A stretch of 64,000 nucleotides of DNA from a virus (lineage: Duplodnaviria > Caudoviricetes). The stretch lies in IMG/VR virus record IMGVR_UViG_3300026493_000002; one strand, written 5' to 3'. The notes under the pieces were generated by a model. The model did not search any database, had not been told where the DNA came from, and worked only from the letters and a program-made list of their open reading frames with translations. Of this stretch, positions 61,226-64,000 are shown one piece after another; position 1 is the first letter of the stretch; the number at the start of each line of letters is the position of its first letter. The translations under genes and the position numbers were made by a program.

Positions 61226-62047
61226 TCAGAGATAGATCACGAAAGCGTCGCCGCCTTCGGTGAGCAGGGTGTTGGCGAGCGCGAGACGCAGGCCTTCCAG
61301 TTGGGCTTCGACGTGCATGTCAGCAGTCTTGTGGGGACGCATGAACACCACGACGTTGTTGGTGCGGCCACGAACTTCGCTCTTGGGCCACTCGCCGGTT
61401 TCGTCGTTGTAGACGATCACCTGCACATTGTCGGCCGCGTCGACAGCATCGGCGAGCAATGTCGGCACGACCAGGGTGAAGTTCTCGTTCGGCTTCGCGC
61501 TGGCGACCAGTGCGCGTGCGGCGCGTACACCGATGCGGATGCTGGTGGCACCCATCTGGCAGTGATGCACGTCTTCGCTCCGGTTCGCCTCTTCCAGGCG
61601 TCGAGCCTCCTGCTCCTCGAAGGCCAGTCGTTGCGCCTCGTCGTTGGCGGCACGCTCTTCGTCGGTGTAGCAGTCGATCTGCATGATGGCGTTCAGCTGT
61701 TGGCGGGGATCGGCCATATCGAACCGTTCGCTGATACCGGTCACATGTATGTTGAGGGTGCAGAACGCGCCGAACACCACGAGAGACAATCCGCAGGTGT
61801 AAGCATCGGGATCGTGCGCGGCTTCGGCCGGACGGTAGAAGTTGACGTGCCTCACGCGGATGTTGTGTTCACCGGCCTTAGGCTCGTCAATGCACAGCGT
61901 CTGTGCGGCGAGTTTGGCCTGATCTTCTTCGCCGAGAAGCAGTGCAATCGCAATGGTCTCGACCGACGCCTGCGTCAGACGATAGGGGATCGCGCCAGGG
62001 AAACGGGCATGGCGCAGACTGTCTACGGTCACTTTTGAAATCTTCAT
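61226..62047 (-). CDS. Hypothetical protein
   Basis: 273 aa from MKISKV after GAGGA. Confidence 0.7.
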   Translation of the reverse strand: MKISKVTVDSLRHARFPGAIPYRLTQASVETIAIALLLGEEDQAKLAAQTLCIDEPKAGEHNIRVRHVNFYRPAEAAHDPDAYTCGLSLVVFGAFCTLNIHVTGISERFDMADPRQQLNAIMQIDCYTDEERAANDEAQRLAFEEQEARRLEEANRSEDVHHCQMGATSIRIGVRAARALVASAKPNENFTLVVPTLLADAVDAADNVQVIVYNDETGEWPKSEVRGRTNNVVVFMRPHKTADMHVEAQLEGLRLALANTLLTEGGDAFVIYL

Positions 62048-62051
62048 GGTA

Positions 62052-63080
62052 TCAATCCTCGTCCTGTTCGCCGTCGGTTCGTTCGTCGTCTTCGCCATTG
62101 ATGCGACCCTTCGACAGCTGAGCCATCGAGCGCACCAGGAGCTCCTTGACGTCCTTGGGAATCTTCTTGCCGGTGTAGTGGAAGGAGAAGGCCTCGGCGA
62201 AGAACTCTTCGGGCGACTTCATGGCGTACTCGGACACCATGACGTTGCGCTCGGAGAACTCGACGTAGGTCGGCCAATACTTCTCCACCTCGTGTCCGTG
62301 ACGCAGCAGCTTGTCGAAGTGCTTGCGGTCGATGCCGTGCACCGAACGGATGTGCTTCAACACCGACTTGAGGATCTGCTTGGTTTCGTCCTCGGCCTCA
62401 CGCAGGTAATCGCCGAGCGAACCAGCGGACTGCACTTCGGCCAGGATCTCCTGCAGCATGTCATCGTCGGCGTCCTGCGGCGCCATGTGCTTGTCGTACA
62501 GGGCGATCCACTTGGCGATGTTGTCCGGCCGCATGAAGCGGTACCAAATGCCGTGCGCGTATTCGTGATAGATCACGTAGCGCATTTCTTCCTTGCCCAT
62601 CTGATCGTAGTTGGGCTTGATGCACAGCACGTCCTCTTCGGCCTTGGGCAGGAAGTGGTAGTAGCCGGCGTACTTGCCTTCTGCGGGACGAATTTCGATC
62701 TGAGCAGGCACTGGGCCCAGACGCTTCGCGTGCAGTTCCTTGTAGGTGTTGATCAGGATCTTCTTGGTGCGCTGCACCAGCTTCTCTTCCATGTCCACGA
62801 AGAACAGGATATCGCCGCAGGTGTTGGTCGTCACGCGCTGGTACAACGGCTCGATCTTGACGCCGTAGACCTTGCCGACACGCGGGCTCGGGCCGAGGTT
62901 GACCAGCACGTCACGCATCTTCACGGCGAGCGGAAGGCGCTTCTCGTACTTGCCTTCCTTGTTGCGCTTCATGGTCTGGTTGATGCCATCAACGGTCTTG
63001 CCGTCAATGGACTTGACCTTGATCAGGATCTTCTTGCCGGCAGCTTCGACGACTGCGAAGTCGCCTTTGGTGATGTTCAT
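62052..63080 (-). CDS. Zincin metallopeptidase (anthrax-LF-like motif spacing)
   Basis: VIYHEYAHG and SEYAMKSPEEFFAEAF. Confidence 0.75.
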   Translation of the reverse strand: MNITKGDFAVVEAAGKKILIKVKSIDGKTVDGINQTMKRNKEGKYEKRLPLAVKMRDVLVNLGPSPRVGKVYGVKIEPLYQRVTTNTCGDILFFVDMEEKLVQRTKKILINTYKELHAKRLGPVPAQIEIRPAEGKYAGYYHFLPKAEEDVLCIKPNYDQMGKEEMRYVIYHEYAHGIWYRFMRPDNIAKWIALYDKHMAPQDADDDMLQEILAEVQSAGSLGDYLREAEDETKQILKSVLKHIRSVHGIDRKHFDKLLRHGHEVEKYWPTYVEFSERNVMVSEYAMKSPEEFFAEAFSFHYTGKKIPKDVKELLVRSMAQLSKGRINGEDDERTDGEQDED

Positions 63081-63526
63081 TCTGGAAAGTCCTCGAGGAG
63101 TTGGTGTTTTGCGAGACAGCGCGAGCGGAGTTCGTCGTCAAAGACTTCATACTCCTCGGCGCACATTTGATCGTTGGTCAGCACAATCTCGTAAGACAGG
63201 CTGGCGAAGAAGCGGTGAACCTTTGCTAGGGCACGACGGTAATCATCACGATCACTAGCCGTGTTTTGATCGCGCTCCACGAACGTGGCGGCGAACACCG
63301 TATGCTCTCGGATCATCGTGTCGATCACGGACATATCGCCGATGTAGTTCAGGTCGAGGTCAAAGTCCTCGAAGTGAGAACTGTCGTACTCGGGATGACC
63401 GACGTGGCCGAACACACCACGCAGTTGATAGCCCCGGCCGTTCGACTTGTCAGCGATGCCGAGACTCTTCAAGGTATCAATCGCGTCCGGCTTGAGGCGC
63501 AAATGCCAGCGGAGGTCAGTTCCCAT
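63077..63526 (-). CDS. Hypothetical protein
   Basis: 149 aa from MGTDLR. Confidence 0.65.
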   Translation of the reverse strand: MGTDLRWHLRLKPDAIDTLKSLGIADKSNGRGYQLRGVFGHVGHPEYDSSHFEDFDLDLNYIGDMSVIDTMIREHTVFAATFVERDQNTASDRDDYRRALAKVHRFFASLSYEIVLTNDQMCAEEYEVFDDELRSRCLAKHQLLEDFPE

Positions 63527-63992
63527 TGTCGTCTCCGAAGATGGTGTCGAACACGAACTGGTCCACGATCTTGGCGTTGGCCATCTTCTTGGGCTCGTCA
63601 TGGCCGTGCACCACAAGCTCCCCTGCAACGGCATTGACCTCGCGGCAGATGGTGTCGTACTCACGCATCGAGGAACGCACCGCCTGTTCGATGGCATGGA
63701 CGTCGTTGCTGCTACGCGCGACAACGAGGTTGTGCAACGTCAGAGACGGGATCACCGTGTGCGCCTTGCATGCCATCGACAAGTCGAAGTAGTTGACGAT
63801 GGCCGGCGCCAGCGTGTAGCGGATGTAGAGCGCGGTGTAGGCCGCATGGAGACCGGTCACAATCTCCTTGAGTACGCGATCCATGTCGCTCTGGCGCATC
63901 TGATCGCGGCGCTCGACACCGACCTGATCGAAGCCACGGAAATACTCGCGGAGGTTGTGGTTGTACTTCACGGCCAGGCCGCGGAAGCCCAT
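63516..63992 (-). CDS. Hypothetical protein, probably truncated by the window edge
   Basis: Frame is open to the end of the window. Confidence 0.6.
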   Translation of the reverse strand: MGFRGLAVKYNHNLREYFRGFDQVGVERRDQMRQSDMDRVLKEIVTGLHAAYTALYIRYTLAPAIVNYFDLSMACKAHTVIPSLTLHNLVVARSSNDVHAIEQAVRSSMREYDTICREVNAVAGELVVHGHDEPKKMANAKIVDQFVFDTIFGDDNGN

Positions 63993-64000
63993 GAAGCCGC

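Noticed and set aside
1-64000. tRNA, rRNA, CRISPR array, reverse transcriptase (DGR/retron) or stop-codon recoding
   Set aside because: No cloverleaf, array or RT motifs seen in intergenic space or ORFs; known proteins are full length under the standard code; a tRNAscan/Infernal run would be needed to exclude small RNAs formally

Overview
Segment of a large, GC-rich (roughly 60% by eye) myovirus-type jumbo phage genome. Every supportable gene is on the minus strand; the long plus-strand ORFs are antisense shadows. In window order: virion genes (tail sheath, major capsid, acidic scaffold-like protein, prohead protease); a type IB topoisomerase, an Acb1-like 2H phosphodiesterase, two minimal P-loop proteins, NAD-dependent ligase and a SprT-like protease embedded among the head genes; portal and large terminase; DnaB helicase and a probable sigma factor; type IIA topoisomerase subunits; a cluster of histone-like, AT-hook, PC4, GNAT and KTSC genes; small accessory and nucleotide-metabolism genes; SbcC; and an intein-containing clamp loader. 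From recollection, not a search, the gene set resembles jumbo phages of the RSL1/Lu11/PaBG/JA11-Alexandra type. No tRNA, rRNA, CRISPR array or reverse transcriptase was seen. Strongest hunt results: (1) a shared N-terminal leader ([KR][IL][QNH][IL] followed by an SES/SLS/TAS motif) on several head-region proteins, including the SprT protease and, in looser form, TopIB, suggesting capsid-targeted injected cargo; (2) three sigma70-type promoters each bracketed by inverted TCAAACCCG boxes; (3) two further phage-specific upstream motifs that split genes by function; (4) tandem, apparently catalytically dead ATPase domains beside Acb1; (5) an Acb2/Tad1-like sponge candidate; (6) a possible phage chromatin locus. 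Motif counts come from reading by eye and may be incomplete. Many starts were moved from the ORF track to the ATG/GTG with the better ribosome-binding site.
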